A stretch of DNA of 64,000 nucleotides from an uncultured Trueperaceae bacterium (GTDB lineage: Bacteria; Deinococcota; Deinococci; Deinococcales; Trueperaceae): positions 32,001-96,000 of the forward strand of contig CAWCXJ010000001.1 of NCBI GenBank assembly GCA_963799485.1, read 5' to 3'. The notes beneath the pieces were generated by a model. That model had not been told where the DNA came from. It ran no database searches and saw nothing but the letters and a program-made list of their open reading frames with translations. Each line of letters begins with the position of its first letter. The first letter of the stretch is position 1. This document shows positions 9,202 through 19,471 of this stretch, piece by piece. A program made the translations under genes and the position numbers.

Positions 9202-10644
9202 ATGATGCATACCCCCAACTGGGTTAAAGACGCCGTTTTTTATCAGATATTTCCCGACCGTTTTGCAAAAAGCGACCGCGTCTCCAAAGCGAGCAACTTG
9301 GAGCCCTGGCATACGCCGCCGACCACGCACGGCTATAAAGGGGGCGACCTGCTGGGCGTCGCGGAAAAACTGGATTATCTGCAAGACCTGGGCGTCACCG
9401 CGCTCTACTTCAACCCCATCTTTCAGTCGGGGTGTAATCACCGCTATCATACCCACGACTACACCCGCGTCGATCCGATGCTGGGCGGCAACGAGGCGCT
9501 TAGAGAGCTGCTGGACGCCGCTCACGCGTACGGCATGAAAGTTGTCTTGGACGGTGTCTTCAACCATGCCAGTCGCGGCTTCTTTCAGTTTCACGATATC
9601 CTCGAGAACGGCTCGCAGAGCGCCTATCTGGACTGGTTTCACGTCCGTTCGTTTCCGCTTTACGCCTATCACGACCCCGAACATCATCAGGGTAACCTAG
9701 GTTACTCGGCGTGGTGGAACCTGCCCGCGCTGCCCAAATTCAATACCGACACACAGGCAGTCCGCGAATTTTTGTGGGACGTCGGGACGTACTGGTTAGA
9801 GTTCGGCATCGACGGCTGGCGTTTGGATGTACCCAACGAAATCGGGGACGACGCCTTTTGGCGCGAGTTTCGCCGCCGTTGCCGCGCGGTCAACCCCGAG
9901 TGCTACATCGTCGGGGAAATCTGGGACGACGCAGGCCGCTGGCTCCAGGGCGACCAGTTCGACGCGGTGATGAACTACCCGTTTACGCGGGCGGCGTTCG
10001 GTTTTACGGCGGCCCGGACGCTAGAACACAGCGAAATCCGCCGCAGCGGGTTACAGCACATCGCGCCGCTGGGCGCGCCCGCCTTTGCCCGCGAGGTCGC
10101 AGGGCTGTTGACGCGGCACCGCCCGGAGGTGACCGAAGTGCAGCTCAACTTGCTCGGCAGCCACGATACAGCGCGCGCCCTGACGCTCGTCGGCGGCGAC
10201 GAGACGGCCTTGCGGTTGTCGCTCTTCTTGCTGCTGACGTTTCCGGGCGCGCCGTGCTTGTACTACGGCGACGAGCTGGGCCTTGCGGGGCGTCACGACC
10301 CGGAGTGCCGTCAGGCGTTCCCGTGGGACAACTCGGACTGGAACGAACCGCTTAGAGACTACCTGAAAACGCTCATTACGGTGCGGCACTGTTACCCGGC
10401 GCTGCGTAGCGGGGTGTTTAGCACCCTTTATGCCGAAGGTGGGGTGTACGCTTTTGAGCGCGGCAGACCGGGAGAACGGCTTATCGGGGTGATGAACGTC
10501 GCGGATAGACCCGAACGGCTTACCCTCGAGGTTCAGTCAGAAACCGCTCAACCGCTTTTGGCTGGGGGCGACGACTTCACCTTGCGAAACGGGGTGCTGA
10601 GCGGGACGATAGCGGAGCGCTCGAGCCTTCTCTTTAAGCTCTGA
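9202..10644 (+). CDS. GH13 alpha-amylase family (neopullulanase/cyclomaltodextrinase-like)
   Basis: [40 protein letters not shown]; start placed 7 nt after TATGCT -10 box (ORF track starts at 9190). Confidence 0.92.
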   Translation: MMHTPNWVKDAVFYQIFPDRFAKSDRVSKASNLEPWHTPPTTHGYKGGDLLGVAEKLDYLQDLGVTALYFNPIFQSGCNHRYHTHDYTRVDPMLGGNEALRELLDAAHAYGMKVVLDGVFNHASRGFFQFHDILENGSQSAYLDWFHVRSFPLYAYHDPEHHQGNLGYSAWWNLPALPKFNTDTQAVREFLWDVGTYWLEFGIDGWRLDVPNEIGDDAFWREFRRRCRAVNPECYIVGEIWDDAGRWLQGDQFDAVMNYPFTRAAFGFTAARTLEHSEIRRSGLQHIAPLGAPAFAREVAGLLTRHRPEVTEVQLNLLGSHDTARALTLVGGDETALRLSLFLLLTFPGAPCLYYGDELGLAGRHDPECRQAFPWDNSDWNEPLRDYLKTLITVRHCYPALRSGVFSTLYAEGGVYAFERGRPGERLIGVMNVADRPERLTLEVQSETAQPLLAGGDDFTLRNGVLSGTIAERSSLLFKL

Positions 10645-10654
10645 GGCTCACGAC

Positions 10655-10690
10655 GCAAAGAGCGCAGGCTTGCAAGCCTGCGCTCTTTGC
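10655..10690. terminator. Intrinsic terminator between the GH13 gene and amt
   Basis: GCAAAGAGCGCAGGCTTGCAAGCCTGCGCTCTTTGC is a perfect inverted repeat. Confidence 0.8.
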
Positions 10691-10699
10691 TGATTTATT

Positions 10700-12001
10700 T
10701 TAGTCGCCCGCAGGCATGATGACCGGCGCGTTAAGCGCCGTGCCACCGTCTGCGTACCCTTCTTCGTGATGCGATGCGAGGTCGATACCGACGGTTTCAT
10801 TTTGCGCGCTGATGCGGAGGCCGATGGTCAAGTCGATGAGTTTAAGTAACACCACCGTACCTACTGAAGCGAAGACCAGCGTAACGGCGATGCTCACGAG
10901 CTGGATAACGACCTGCTGACCCGTCGCTGCCCCTGCGCCTGTCGTAAAGGCGAAGACGCCCGTTAAAACGGCCCCGACTATGCCGCCGACCCCGTGACAC
11001 GCAAATACGTCGAGGGCGTCGTCGATACCGATACGGCTTTTTAGCTGTACGACGCTAAAGGCGGCAGCTGCGCCAATCGCGCCGACCGCAATAGCTGCCA
11101 GCGGTGAGACGAAACCGGCAGCCGGGGTGATGGTGACGAGCCCGACGACTGCACCTGTTGCCGCGCCGACGGCGCTCGGGCGTTGACCCCGCGCGACTTC
11201 ACAAAAGAGCCAGACGAGCATTGCCGCAGCGGCGGCGGTATTGGTCGTGACGAAGGCGAGCGCGGCGGTACCGTTGGCGGCAAGCGCCGAACCTGCGTTA
11301 AACCCGAACCAGCCGAACCACAGCAGCCCCGCACCCAGCAAGACGAAGGGGATGTTGTGCGGCAGGGCGCTGCGGCGGGTGTTGGCCAGGCGCGGCCCTA
11401 AAACCCACGCGGCGACGAGCGCTGAAAACCCGGCGGACATATGAACGACCGTTCCCCCGGCAAAGTCGAGCGCGCCCAGGTTGAGGAGCCAGCCGTTAGG
11501 AGCCCAAACGATGTGGGCCAGCGGCGCGTAGATCAGTACGCTCCAGAGCGCGATAAAGGTCACGTAAGCCGAGAACTTCATCCGGTCGATGACTGCACCA
11601 CTGATTAAAGCCGGGGTGATGATAGCAAACATCGCCTGGAACATCACGAAAACGAGCGTCGGGATGGTACCGCTGACGCTGGTCTCGAGCCCCTGCAAGC
11701 CGATGGCGCTCAGGCCACCGAAAAACGCGTTGCCACCTTCGCCGAACGCAACCGAGTAGCCGATAACGACCCACAAAACGCCTACCACGCCCATGGCGAT
11801 AAAACTCATCAGCATAGTGTTTAGAACCGATTTGCCACGTGAGAGGCCGCCGTAAAAAAAGGCGAGGCCGGGCGTCATCAGGAGAACCAGCGCGCTCGCG
11901 GTCAGCATCCAGGCGGTGTCGCCGGGGTTGATGCCCTGCGCGAACGCCGCACCCGACAGGGCGACCAAAGTAGCGATCAAAACTTTTATCCACATTTTCA
12001 T
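10700..12001 (-). CDS. amtB: Ammonium transporter (Amt family)
   Basis: TPGLAFFYGG, FQAMFAIIT, DFAGGTVVH, WFGWFGFNAGS, DDALDVFACHG; start ATG 12001 after AAGGA (ORF track over-extends to 12178). Confidence 0.95.
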   Translation of the reverse strand: MKMWIKVLIATLVALSGAAFAQGINPGDTAWMLTASALVLLMTPGLAFFYGGLSRGKSVLNTMLMSFIAMGVVGVLWVVIGYSVAFGEGGNAFFGGLSAIGLQGLETSVSGTIPTLVFVMFQAMFAIITPALISGAVIDRMKFSAYVTFIALWSVLIYAPLAHIVWAPNGWLLNLGALDFAGGTVVHMSAGFSALVAAWVLGPRLANTRRSALPHNIPFVLLGAGLLWFGWFGFNAGSALAANGTAALAFVTTNTAAAAAMLVWLFCEVARGQRPSAVGAATGAVVGLVTITPAAGFVSPLAAIAVGAIGAAAAFSVVQLKSRIGIDDALDVFACHGVGGIVGAVLTGVFAFTTGAGAATGQQVVIQLVSIAVTLVFASVGTVVLLKLIDLTIGLRISAQNETVGIDLASHHEEGYADGGTALNAPVIMPAGD

Positions 12002-12011
12002 GTACATTCCT

Positions 12012-12365
12012 TTACTTTTTAAGCGGCGTAACGGCAGCTTGGTCTTCGTCGCCGTTACGGATGCGGACGACCCGCTCGATGGGTTGGACGAAAATCTTGC
12101 CGTCGCCGACTTCGCCGGTACGCGCACCCTTGATGATGGCCTGAACCGTCTTTTCGACGAACTCTTCGCTGACGGCAATCTCGAGCTGCACTTTTTCGTG
12201 AAACTCGATTAGAAACTTCGAACCGCGGTACTGCTCGAGCTGTTCACGCTCGCCCCCGTGCCCGCTCACACGGGTGATGGTAATGCCGGTTACGCCCGCC
12301 TCGAAGAGGGCTTCTTTTACGGTGGCGAGTTTGTCGGGTCTCACAACTGCGGTAATGAGTTTCAT
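12012..12365 (-). CDS. glnK: P-II nitrogen regulatory protein
   Basis: MKLITAVVRP, T-loop YRG, TGEVGDGKIF; directly upstream of amt. Confidence 0.93.
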   Translation of the reverse strand: MKLITAVVRPDKLATVKEALFEAGVTGITITRVSGHGGEREQLEQYRGSKFLIEFHEKVQLEIAVSEEFVEKTVQAIIKGARTGEVGDGKIFVQPIERVVRIRNGDEDQAAVTPLKK

Positions 12366-12466
12366 CAGTCTCCTGCGGTCTGGCTGACCAACGTGGGGCG
12401 CGTAGGTTTCAGTGCTGTGTCTGGCGATGTCGAAACACCAACGGTCGACGCCGTAACTGCTTTGCC

Positions 12467-12529
12467 CTAGGCAAAACGTCTCCCACTACAAAAAAAAACA
12501 GGCGTGATGGCAGATTTAGCTATCCTCAT
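12467..12529 (-). other. Candidate 20-aa leader uORF (MRIAKSAITPVFFCSGRRFA)
   Basis: AGGAGG 4 nt before ATG 12529; TAG at 12467-12469; contains a T9 tract. Confidence 0.4.
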
Positions 12530-12572
12530 TTGACCTCCTGGGATACCGCTTTAGGCGCGGCGACCTGACTAA

Positions 12573-12601
12573 AGAATATGCGTTACGTTGCAAAGTGTCA
12601 A
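12573..12601 (-). promoter_or_regulatory. Sigma70-type promoter of glnK-amt
   Basis: TTGACA-17 nt-TATTCT on the minus strand. Confidence 0.7.
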
Positions 12602-12787
12602 GCAAAAAGTATCTCAACGACCTAATTCTATTGAACAAGATGTATATAAACCCGCCCACAAACGTTAAAAATCAAAAAATCTATGGTAGATAACCGCATT
12701 AACTCAAACAGTACGTTTGGAGACTCTGTTACCCCGAAAAAGATATGAGGTGCGCGAGTCAGCCGAGGTGTCATACTTGACTTTGTT

Positions 12788-14338
12788 TTGACTTCACCTA
12801 CGCCTGAATCTATGCCTAAAACCTCTAAAACCCCAGCACGGAGCACGGCGCGGGGCGCACTTACCCTGATGATCGGCACGCTGGCCAGCCGCGTCACCGG
12901 GCTTTTACGTGCTGGGTTTTTTAATCAGCTCTTTAGAGTCGAAGTCCTCGATGCTTTCAATATCGCCATCAAAGTCCCCAATCTCTTCCGGGAGCTCCTG
13001 GCTGAAGGTGCGCTCATCAACTCGTTCGTGCCTGCGTACAAGGCGCTGCCCCCGAGCGAGGCCAAGCGGCTCTCGAGCGCCCTCCTCAGCCTCTTAGTCG
13101 TTTTGAACGGCGTTCTGCTCGTGTTTGCAGTCTGGGCCGCGCCCTGGGTCGTGGGGCTGCTCGTCTCCGACCCGAGCAAGATCAACGTGCCGCTGACCGT
13201 CACCCTGACGCGGGCCGTCTTTCCGTTTTTAGGTGCGATTTCGTTTTCGGCGCTGGCGATGGGTATCTTGAACGCCGAAGAGCGCTTTTTTGCGCCCGCT
13301 TGGGCACCTGTAATTCTCAACGTCGTCACAACCGCCCTGATGCTGCTCTATCCGCAGCAGGCGCTGATGCTGGCTGTGGCCTTTGTGCTGGGCGGCGTGG
13401 CGCAGCTACTATTCCAGCTCCCGCCTCTTTTTCGCGCCGGCGTGTTGCCGCAGTTCGGGGTGTGGTGGCACCCGCAACTTCGGAGTGTTCTCCTTTTGAT
13501 GGTGCCCTTCACCTTTACGACCGGGGCGCGGCAGCTTTTGAATCTGGTCTCGAGCCGTCTCCTCACCTCGCTACCCGTGGGTAGCGTAACCGCGTTTACC
13601 AACGCCGACCTGTTTTTGAGCTTGGCTTTGGGGCTTTTTAGCATCTCCCCGGCGCTGGCGTTTTATTCACGGCTCTCAGGGCAGACCTCGAGCCCCACAG
13701 ACTTCCGCACGACACTCGTCTCGGGGTTGCGCCTCATCACCTTTTTAAGCGTTCCGGCAGGGCTGTTACTGACCCTGTACGCAAGCCCTGCCGTCGTAAG
13801 CGTCCTCAACTGGTTTCCGCTCTTGGGACGCCCCGGCATGAACGCTCAGGTGTTGTCGCTCTCGGTCGCCGCCCTTGCCCCGCTCGGTCTGGCGGTCTTT
13901 CCGGTCGGCCTCAGCAACCTGCTCATCCGCACCTTTTACGTGCGCCGCCGCGTCCGGACGCCGGTCGTCGTGAGTGCTCTCTATACCGCCCTCACCGCAC
14001 TTTTTTACGGCGTCTTGGCCCCGGTTTACGGCGTCGCCGGGCTTTCGTGGGGGGCTGTAATCGCCGGATGGGTGCAGCTCGGTGCGTTGCTCTATCTGGT
14101 GGGGCAGCGGGAGGGGCTCGAGGTCAAAGCTCTCTTAACCCAGATAAGCCGGGTCTGGCTGGCAGCACTTTTAGCTGCCGGGTTAGGCTGGGTGCTTTCG
14201 GGTGCGCTGCCGCTTCCGTCCGGGTGGTGGGGCGCGGTGCTGAATGTAAGCCTCGGGGGAGGTCTCAGCGCGCTGCTGTATCTGGCGCTGTGTATACGCC
14301 TGAACGTCGCTGAAGTGGCGCGGTTTCGCCGCCGGTAG
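12788..14338 (+). CDS. murJ: Lipid II flippase MurJ/MviN
   Basis: TLASRVTGLLR, DAFNIAIKVPNLFRELLAEGA..SFVP; many transmembrane segments; start may be the ATG at 12812. Confidence 0.9.
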   Translation: MTSPTPESMPKTSKTPARSTARGALTLMIGTLASRVTGLLRAGFFNQLFRVEVLDAFNIAIKVPNLFRELLAEGALINSFVPAYKALPPSEAKRLSSALLSLLVVLNGVLLVFAVWAAPWVVGLLVSDPSKINVPLTVTLTRAVFPFLGAISFSALAMGILNAEERFFAPAWAPVILNVVTTALMLLYPQQALMLAVAFVLGGVAQLLFQLPPLFRAGVLPQFGVWWHPQLRSVLLLMVPFTFTTGARQLLNLVSSRLLTSLPVGSVTAFTNADLFLSLALGLFSISPALAFYSRLSGQTSSPTDFRTTLVSGLRLITFLSVPAGLLLTLYASPAVVSVLNWFPLLGRPGMNAQVLSLSVAALAPLGLAVFPVGLSNLLIRTFYVRRRVRTPVVVSALYTALTALFYGVLAPVYGVAGLSWGAVIAGWVQLGALLYLVGQREGLEVKALLTQISRVWLAALLAAGLGWVLSGALPLPSGWWGAVLNVSLGGGLSALLYLALCIRLNVAEVARFRRR

Positions 14339-14358
14339 AGAAAGCAAAGTCAAGGCAA

Positions 14359-14392
14359 TAAAAAAGCGCCCCGGTCGAGGGGCGCTTCGTTC
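14359..14392. terminator. Intrinsic terminator between murJ and the convergent lipoprotein gene
   Basis: AAAAAAGCGCCCC-GGTCGA-GGGGCGCTT. Confidence 0.75.
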
Positions 14393-14403
14393 AGCAGAAA
14401 AGT

Positions 14404-16545
14404 TTACTTAGGGCGTAAGAGGGTGATACCAGGTCTGGCATCAGGAGTTTCGTCGTCTTTTTGATCGAACCATGAGACGTACAGGTAGCCGGTAGTGGGA
14501 CTTTGGACTATATCGATGGGATCAATGAAGCCGCTGGGTTTTGGGATGATGGGATCAATCGAAGTAGCGTTGCCGTCGCTTCCAAGCGTAACTGCAACAA
14601 CGTCGTCATATCTGCTGTAGCGAGTGACCAGTAGTTTTCCTTTGAGGTCAGGGAACGCGTTACCGGTATATTCGATGCTTCCGTTTGGCGAGACGTTGTT
14701 ACCGAAGTCGCCAGCAGGCCCACGATAGTTAGGATCGTAGCTCGTTCCGGCAGGGTACTCGGGCCTCTGAGTTGAAGACATAAACTCGCCCGGAAAACCA
14801 ACCGCCCCCCCGTTCAAAATCCATTCGCAACGTTTGGCGTTGGGCGTCCCGTAATAGCCGCCCTTCTCGATTTTGAAGAGGTAATCGCTTAGGGTTTGAG
14901 TGATTTTCCAACCATCGGTTCTGTCGCTGCTGTACCTGGGTAGTGCGCTCGAGTCTGAAATCATCGGGCCGGTATAGGGTTTGCCATCGATGCGGTTGTC
15001 GCAAGTTCCCGGAAGCGGGTCGTAGCGCGGCACATTGCCGCCACCTGCTGAGCCGTTTGCGGGTACATAGAGGTTGCCGTTAGACGTCCAAACCAGGTCG
15101 TACGAGTTGCGCACACCGCTTGCGTAAACTGTCAACGGGGCGTTCGGCGCGAATGGGTCGTAGCTGCCACCGTCTTCGGTTTGCGCGTCGAGCGGCAAGT
15201 TGCCGCCTAGCAAGTTAGTATCTAAGCGCAAAACAGCGCCGGTGAGCGCACGCTCTTCTTGAAACTTCCAAGCCGCGTCGGGTGCGCCCATTGCCGTGTT
15301 GCTTCCCTGGACGAAGTAAACAACGCCTGGTTCAGCAGGGTTGAAGGCAACCGAGTTCGTCACATGGTCTTTACTCGAGCGCGGTAAGCCGACAACGTAA
15401 TCTTGAACGGTCTCGAGGTTCGGACCACTTAGCCGAGTGAGCTTCCCAGCCCAGGGTGCATTGACGCCATTGCCTACCGAGCCGTCGAAGTTACTGGGGT
15501 CGATAAATGTGTGTGTAACCCAAGCAATGAGGTTGTTCGCTGTCGAGGCTGGATCGAAAGCTAAACCGATGGTCAGCCGCGGCTCACCTTCAGCCTGCTG
15601 TAGTGACGTGATTATTGTGGGTGTTCCTAGTGTACCGTCGGTAGCAACTGGAAAGCGCGCAATCTCTCCGAGAATGGTCGTAGCGTAGAGATTTCCGTCG
15701 GGGCCGAAAGCCAACGAGCTGTATCTTGTTCCGAGGGTACTGGGTTGCCCGACAGAAACGATGTCTGAAGGTGGTTGATTACTGCCACCGTCGTCGGCAG
15801 AAGTTGTTGTAAAAGTGCTGGCGTAAGGCGTAAACGGAACGCCGTCGTCTTCCACAGCGCTCGTTACATTAAAGCGGTACGTTGTGTTGGGCGCGAGCAG
15901 CCGCAATGACTGGAGAATAATTGTGTCGCCACCGCCTGAAGTAGTTGGTGCACTGGTAAGTACGCGCTCCCCGTCTAATGTCTCTAAATAGACTGAATCA
16001 GTCGTCAGGGTGGACGAATCGAGGCCGCCACGGGGGGTATTGATGACGGTTGAAATACCACTTGTGCCTATATTTAGCGCCACATTAACAGCACCGTCAG
16101 CCGGAACAGACGAGACAACAGACGGTACGTCCGCCGAAACCGTCGTAAAGGTGCTGCTATAGTCCGTAAACGCCTGACCGCTTTCGTCGGTAACGCCCGA
16201 GGTCACTTCAAAGCGGTAGGTGGTGCCGAACTCGAGCTGCGAAGCAGGGGCGAGCACGAGTGAATCGGTGTCGTTATAGACAGAGATGCTCGAGGGCACG
16301 ACTGCGCCCGTGGCGGCGTTGGTCAGGCGCACCGAGTTAGGGTCGACGCTCGTCGGGTTGATGCCGCCGTTGGGCAAATTAAGGTTGGCAATCACGCTGG
16401 TACCGACCGAAACGTCTGCGGCTCCTCCGCCCGGGGTCACGCTGTTGACCTGCGGTGTACCTGAAATTGGAGGCCTAAAAATGCCACTGAGAGCGCCACA
16501 GCCCGAAAGCGTGAACAGCAGGAACAAAATACCAATTCGTTTCAT
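14404..16545 (-). CDS. Lipoprotein with two Big_5-like Ig domains and a glucose/sorbosone-dehydrogenase-like beta-propeller
   Basis: Lipobox LSGC; P.V.S..P..GA..V....TTY.F.VTS.V repeats; SLAFGPDG.LY, YASGVRNSYDL, GGYYG.PN, PID propeller motifs. Confidence 0.65.
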   Translation of the reverse strand: MKRIGILFLLFTLSGCGALSGIFRPPISGTPQVNSVTPGGGAADVSVGTSVIANLNLPNGGINPTSVDPNSVRLTNAATGAVVPSSISVYNDTDSLVLAPASQLEFGTTYRFEVTSGVTDESGQAFTDYSSTFTTVSADVPSVVSSVPADGAVNVALNIGTSGISTVINTPRGGLDSSTLTTDSVYLETLDGERVLTSAPTTSGGGDTIILQSLRLLAPNTTYRFNVTSAVEDDGVPFTPYASTFTTTSADDGGSNQPPSDIVSVGQPSTLGTRYSSLAFGPDGNLYATTILGEIARFPVATDGTLGTPTIITSLQQAEGEPRLTIGLAFDPASTANNLIAWVTHTFIDPSNFDGSVGNGVNAPWAGKLTRLSGPNLETVQDYVVGLPRSSKDHVTNSVAFNPAEPGVVYFVQGSNTAMGAPDAAWKFQEERALTGAVLRLDTNLLGGNLPLDAQTEDGGSYDPFAPNAPLTVYASGVRNSYDLVWTSNGNLYVPANGSAGGGNVPRYDPLPGTCDNRIDGKPYTGPMISDSSALPRYSSDRTDGWKITQTLSDYLFKIEKGGYYGTPNAKRCEWILNGGAVGFPGEFMSSTQRPEYPAGTSYDPNYRGPAGDFGNNVSPNGSIEYTGNAFPDLKGKLLVTRYSRYDDVVAVTLGSDGNATSIDPIIPKPSGFIDPIDIVQSPTTGYLYVSWFDQKDDETPDARPGITLLRPK

Positions 16546-16564
16546 CTAAACTCCCTTTACAGCT

Positions 16565-16596
16565 TGAAGGTGGCGAGCTTTGACCCGCCACCTTCA
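16565..16596. other. Intercistronic stem-loop
   Basis: TGAAGGTGGCG-10 nt-CGCCACCTTCA with no U-tract, between co-oriented genes. Confidence 0.55.
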
Positions 16597-16606
16597 CCGG
16601 TCTGGA

Positions 16607-19105
16607 CTAATTAACCGGCTGGACGTTCTCTATGATGTACATATTGTCGTTGTAGTCGCAGTTAGCGACGATGCCCTGCTGCGGGGACAAATCGCCTGCT
16701 TCGCCGCCGTCCGCGTAGATGCTGTCCGGCGCATTCGGGTCTGTCGAGCTCGAGCTTGGACAACCTCCTCTGACGAAATCCTGGGCGACGAGGTAGCTGT
16801 TCGGAATAGTGTTGCCGCTGTTGTCTTTAAGGGGCCAGAAACGTAATCCGAGTCTGCCGCGACCGGTTCCCTTGCTGGGGTCGGAGCTGTACCCGGCGCT
16901 GCGAATCTCGAAGGCTCCGGCCGGGTTGGCGCTCAGCTGGGTAAGGTCACCGTTTTGACGCGGGTAGATCGACTGTCCGTAAACGCGGTCGGGCCCCATC
17001 TCTGCAAAGGGCGAGCTGCTACCCTGCTCGTAAAGCTCGAAAGAATAGGCGACCTGGCAGCACGTGTGCAGCGCGGCGAGTTGTAAAGCCGTCACCGGAG
17101 CAGCGGGGTCTGCCACCTCCCAGTAGGCCGAACGCACCTCGTCGCCGGCGAGCGGCGAGTCTGTCTCGGGGCTCGGCAGTTTGCCGCTGGCGGTGGTGCC
17201 CAAGTTGATCTGATAACCGAAGAGGTCTTTGACCAGCGGGCCTAAATAGACCTCACGCGAGCCTTCGGGCCGCAGCATGAAGAGTCCGGCAAGCTCGAGT
17301 CCGGCGCTCTGTCCACCCGACTGAATCAGCAGTCCGGCAGGGTACACGCCTTTGACGCCCGCGTCTTGCGGGTTGAACTCGACCTCCAGCTCATAAGTCT
17401 GCCCGGGTTGCAACGTAAGAGAGTTTTCGCCGTTGGGGAACACGAACAGATTATCGTTTTGAAAGCTTAAGCTCAGCTGAAGGGCGCTGCTACCGGTATT
17501 TTGCAGGTCGACGGTGCCGGTCGTAGGGAACGTCAACCCGTCCCAGCGGTTGGTGTTCGGGTCGCAGTCGGGTTCGACCGCCGGGTCGCAAGGTGCTATA
17601 AAGGTGCTTCTGATCTTTTGCAGCACCAGCCGGTCGCTATAGGGCAGGCCGAGTGCGTTCGTGACCTTTAAGCCCGTGATGCCACTTGCCGGGGGCGTGT
17701 TCGGTACGTCCGGAATGCCTGTGCCGGCGGGAAACTCGCCGGCCGGGACGACGTTACGCACGATAACCACGACGTCGTTGTAGTCGAAGCCCGCGCCGAA
17801 CTCTTCGGTGGCGACCACATAGGCGTTGGCTTCACCGGGTACCGGGTAGACTCTGACGTTATGCGGGATGGCTTTGGGGAAGGTGTTGAGATCATCCTCG
17901 GTGTAGATGGTGCGCTGTTGGAAAAAGCGGTTGGTGGGCCAGAACGAATAGAGGCCGAAGCTGCCCGTGCCGGGGTCGAAGGTTACGGTGTCGCCGCTGA
18001 CCGTACCGCCCGTGGCGGTGACTTCCGGCGCGAGGCGCTGCGCGTTTAGCGCCGGGGTCTGCGCGATGTTAAAAAGAGACGTCTGCGCGCTCGGCTGTCC
18101 GGCAGTGTAGTAACCGAACTCTGTAACCGGGTCGTTCTCGACGCCGAACGCAGCCAACACCTCGACGGTCACGGGTGCGTTCGGGGAGGCCTTGGTGAAG
18201 GTTTTGCCCGCCACCTCGTCGCCGAGCGGCCCGTTCGTCACCGTGTTGTCATCGACGATGCCCGTCGTACTCGGGTTTTCGTCACCGGCATCGATAGCTA
18301 GGCCGTAGGTGTCTAGAATCCACTGGAGCGAGGGCTCGTTGTTGCCGCCCTGCCCTTTGACGCCGAGGCCGCCTAGGGGAACCTCGAGGCTGGGCGCTGC
18401 CGGGTCGCTACTCTGAACGTTCAGCGTGGCGAACTGCGGGCCGAGGCCACTCGGGTTGAAGGTGAGGCTCAGGTCGCGGGTCTGACCGGGCGCGAGGCTG
18501 AAGGTGCTGCTGTCGGCCAGAGAGAACTGCGCCGCGCTGGCCCCGCCGATGCTGAGGCCGGACACGTCGATGGTGTCGCTTCCGGCGTTGGTGAGAGTGA
18601 GGCTGCGGGTGTCGCTCGAGGACGCGCCCCCGGCGCTGAAAACGACCCGCGCGGGCGTGGCGACGAGCCCTGTACCCGGTAGGGACGTAAGGCCGGTGGA
18701 AAAGGTGCTACTAAAGGGTTGCAGCGCGGTGCCGTCGGAGGTTTTGACTTCGGACGTAACGTTAAACGTGTAGCTGGTATCGACCGCGAGGTCGGTATCC
18801 GGGTCGAGCACCAGGGTGCTACCCTCCACGCTGCGCGTCGCCGGAACCGTAACCCCGGAAGCGTCGGTCAGCGTCACTGCGCTGTCGGTCAGGGTCAATA
18901 CGTCGAGCCCAGTGCTACCCGGTAAGCTCAAAGTTGCCCGGACGCTGCTGCCGAGTGCGACCATCGTCGCACCGTCCGCCGGATCGACGGCGGTTACTCT
19001 GGGCACTCCGGAGGGGAGTAGATTGCAAGCGCCCAAAACTGCAGCGAGCGCCGTAAATGCCAGAGCTTGTCTGAAGCCACGCTGGTTTGTCGAGCTTTGT
19101 TTCAT
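16607..19105 (-). CDS. Lipoprotein with a Big_5-like Ig domain and two (choice-of-anchor-D/ASH Ig + DYND-ending) modules
   Basis: Lipobox LGAC; LTLTNAG..LAPGQTRDLSLTFNP and LQNTG..LQPGQTYELEVEFNP; FDYNDVVVIVRNV and CDYNDNMYIIENV. Confidence 0.6.
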   Translation of the reverse strand: MKQSSTNQRGFRQALAFTALAAVLGACNLLPSGVPRVTAVDPADGATMVALGSSVRATLSLPGSTGLDVLTLTDSAVTLTDASGVTVPATRSVEGSTLVLDPDTDLAVDTSYTFNVTSEVKTSDGTALQPFSSTFSTGLTSLPGTGLVATPARVVFSAGGASSSDTRSLTLTNAGSDTIDVSGLSIGGASAAQFSLADSSTFSLAPGQTRDLSLTFNPSGLGPQFATLNVQSSDPAAPSLEVPLGGLGVKGQGGNNEPSLQWILDTYGLAIDAGDENPSTTGIVDDNTVTNGPLGDEVAGKTFTKASPNAPVTVEVLAAFGVENDPVTEFGYYTAGQPSAQTSLFNIAQTPALNAQRLAPEVTATGGTVSGDTVTFDPGTGSFGLYSFWPTNRFFQQRTIYTEDDLNTFPKAIPHNVRVYPVPGEANAYVVATEEFGAGFDYNDVVVIVRNVVPAGEFPAGTGIPDVPNTPPASGITGLKVTNALGLPYSDRLVLQKIRSTFIAPCDPAVEPDCDPNTNRWDGLTFPTTGTVDLQNTGSSALQLSLSFQNDNLFVFPNGENSLTLQPGQTYELEVEFNPQDAGVKGVYPAGLLIQSGGQSAGLELAGLFMLRPEGSREVYLGPLVKDLFGYQINLGTTASGKLPSPETDSPLAGDEVRSAYWEVADPAAPVTALQLAALHTCCQVAYSFELYEQGSSSPFAEMGPDRVYGQSIYPRQNGDLTQLSANPAGAFEIRSAGYSSDPSKGTGRGRLGLRFWPLKDNSGNTIPNSYLVAQDFVRGGCPSSSSTDPNAPDSIYADGGEAGDLSPQQGIVANCDYNDNMYIIENVQPVN

Positions 19106-19471
19106 CCAATCACCTGCAAAAGACAGAAAAACGCTTGAACTCGGTACGTGCTTGGATACATAAAAACCTCCGGGGTTTGGGGCTCAGTGCGCCTCGGCGT
19201 CCGCGACGCCCCGTTTAGTTACGTGCTTTCGTCGCACATCACATAGTCTGTATTCTAAAAGGTCGGCCTGAGTTACCTGAGTGCAGGCATTACAGAAATT
19301 GAGGCGGCAACTTTCGGGGCGGTCGTTTGCGAAGTGCCGAACGGTCGGTAGAGCGACAACTTCAACCGCTCCGGCGCCAAAGGCGATTTCAAAATGATCC
19401 TGAGGCGTATTTGGCAGGATACACGTCCCGAGTCGCTTGCCGTAAGAGGTTTGCTGTAAGAAGCCCGGTCG

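Noticed and set aside
12002..12178. N-terminal extension of the amt ORF in the ORF track
   Set aside because: It overlaps glnK in another frame; an RBS and signal-like sequence support the start at 12001.
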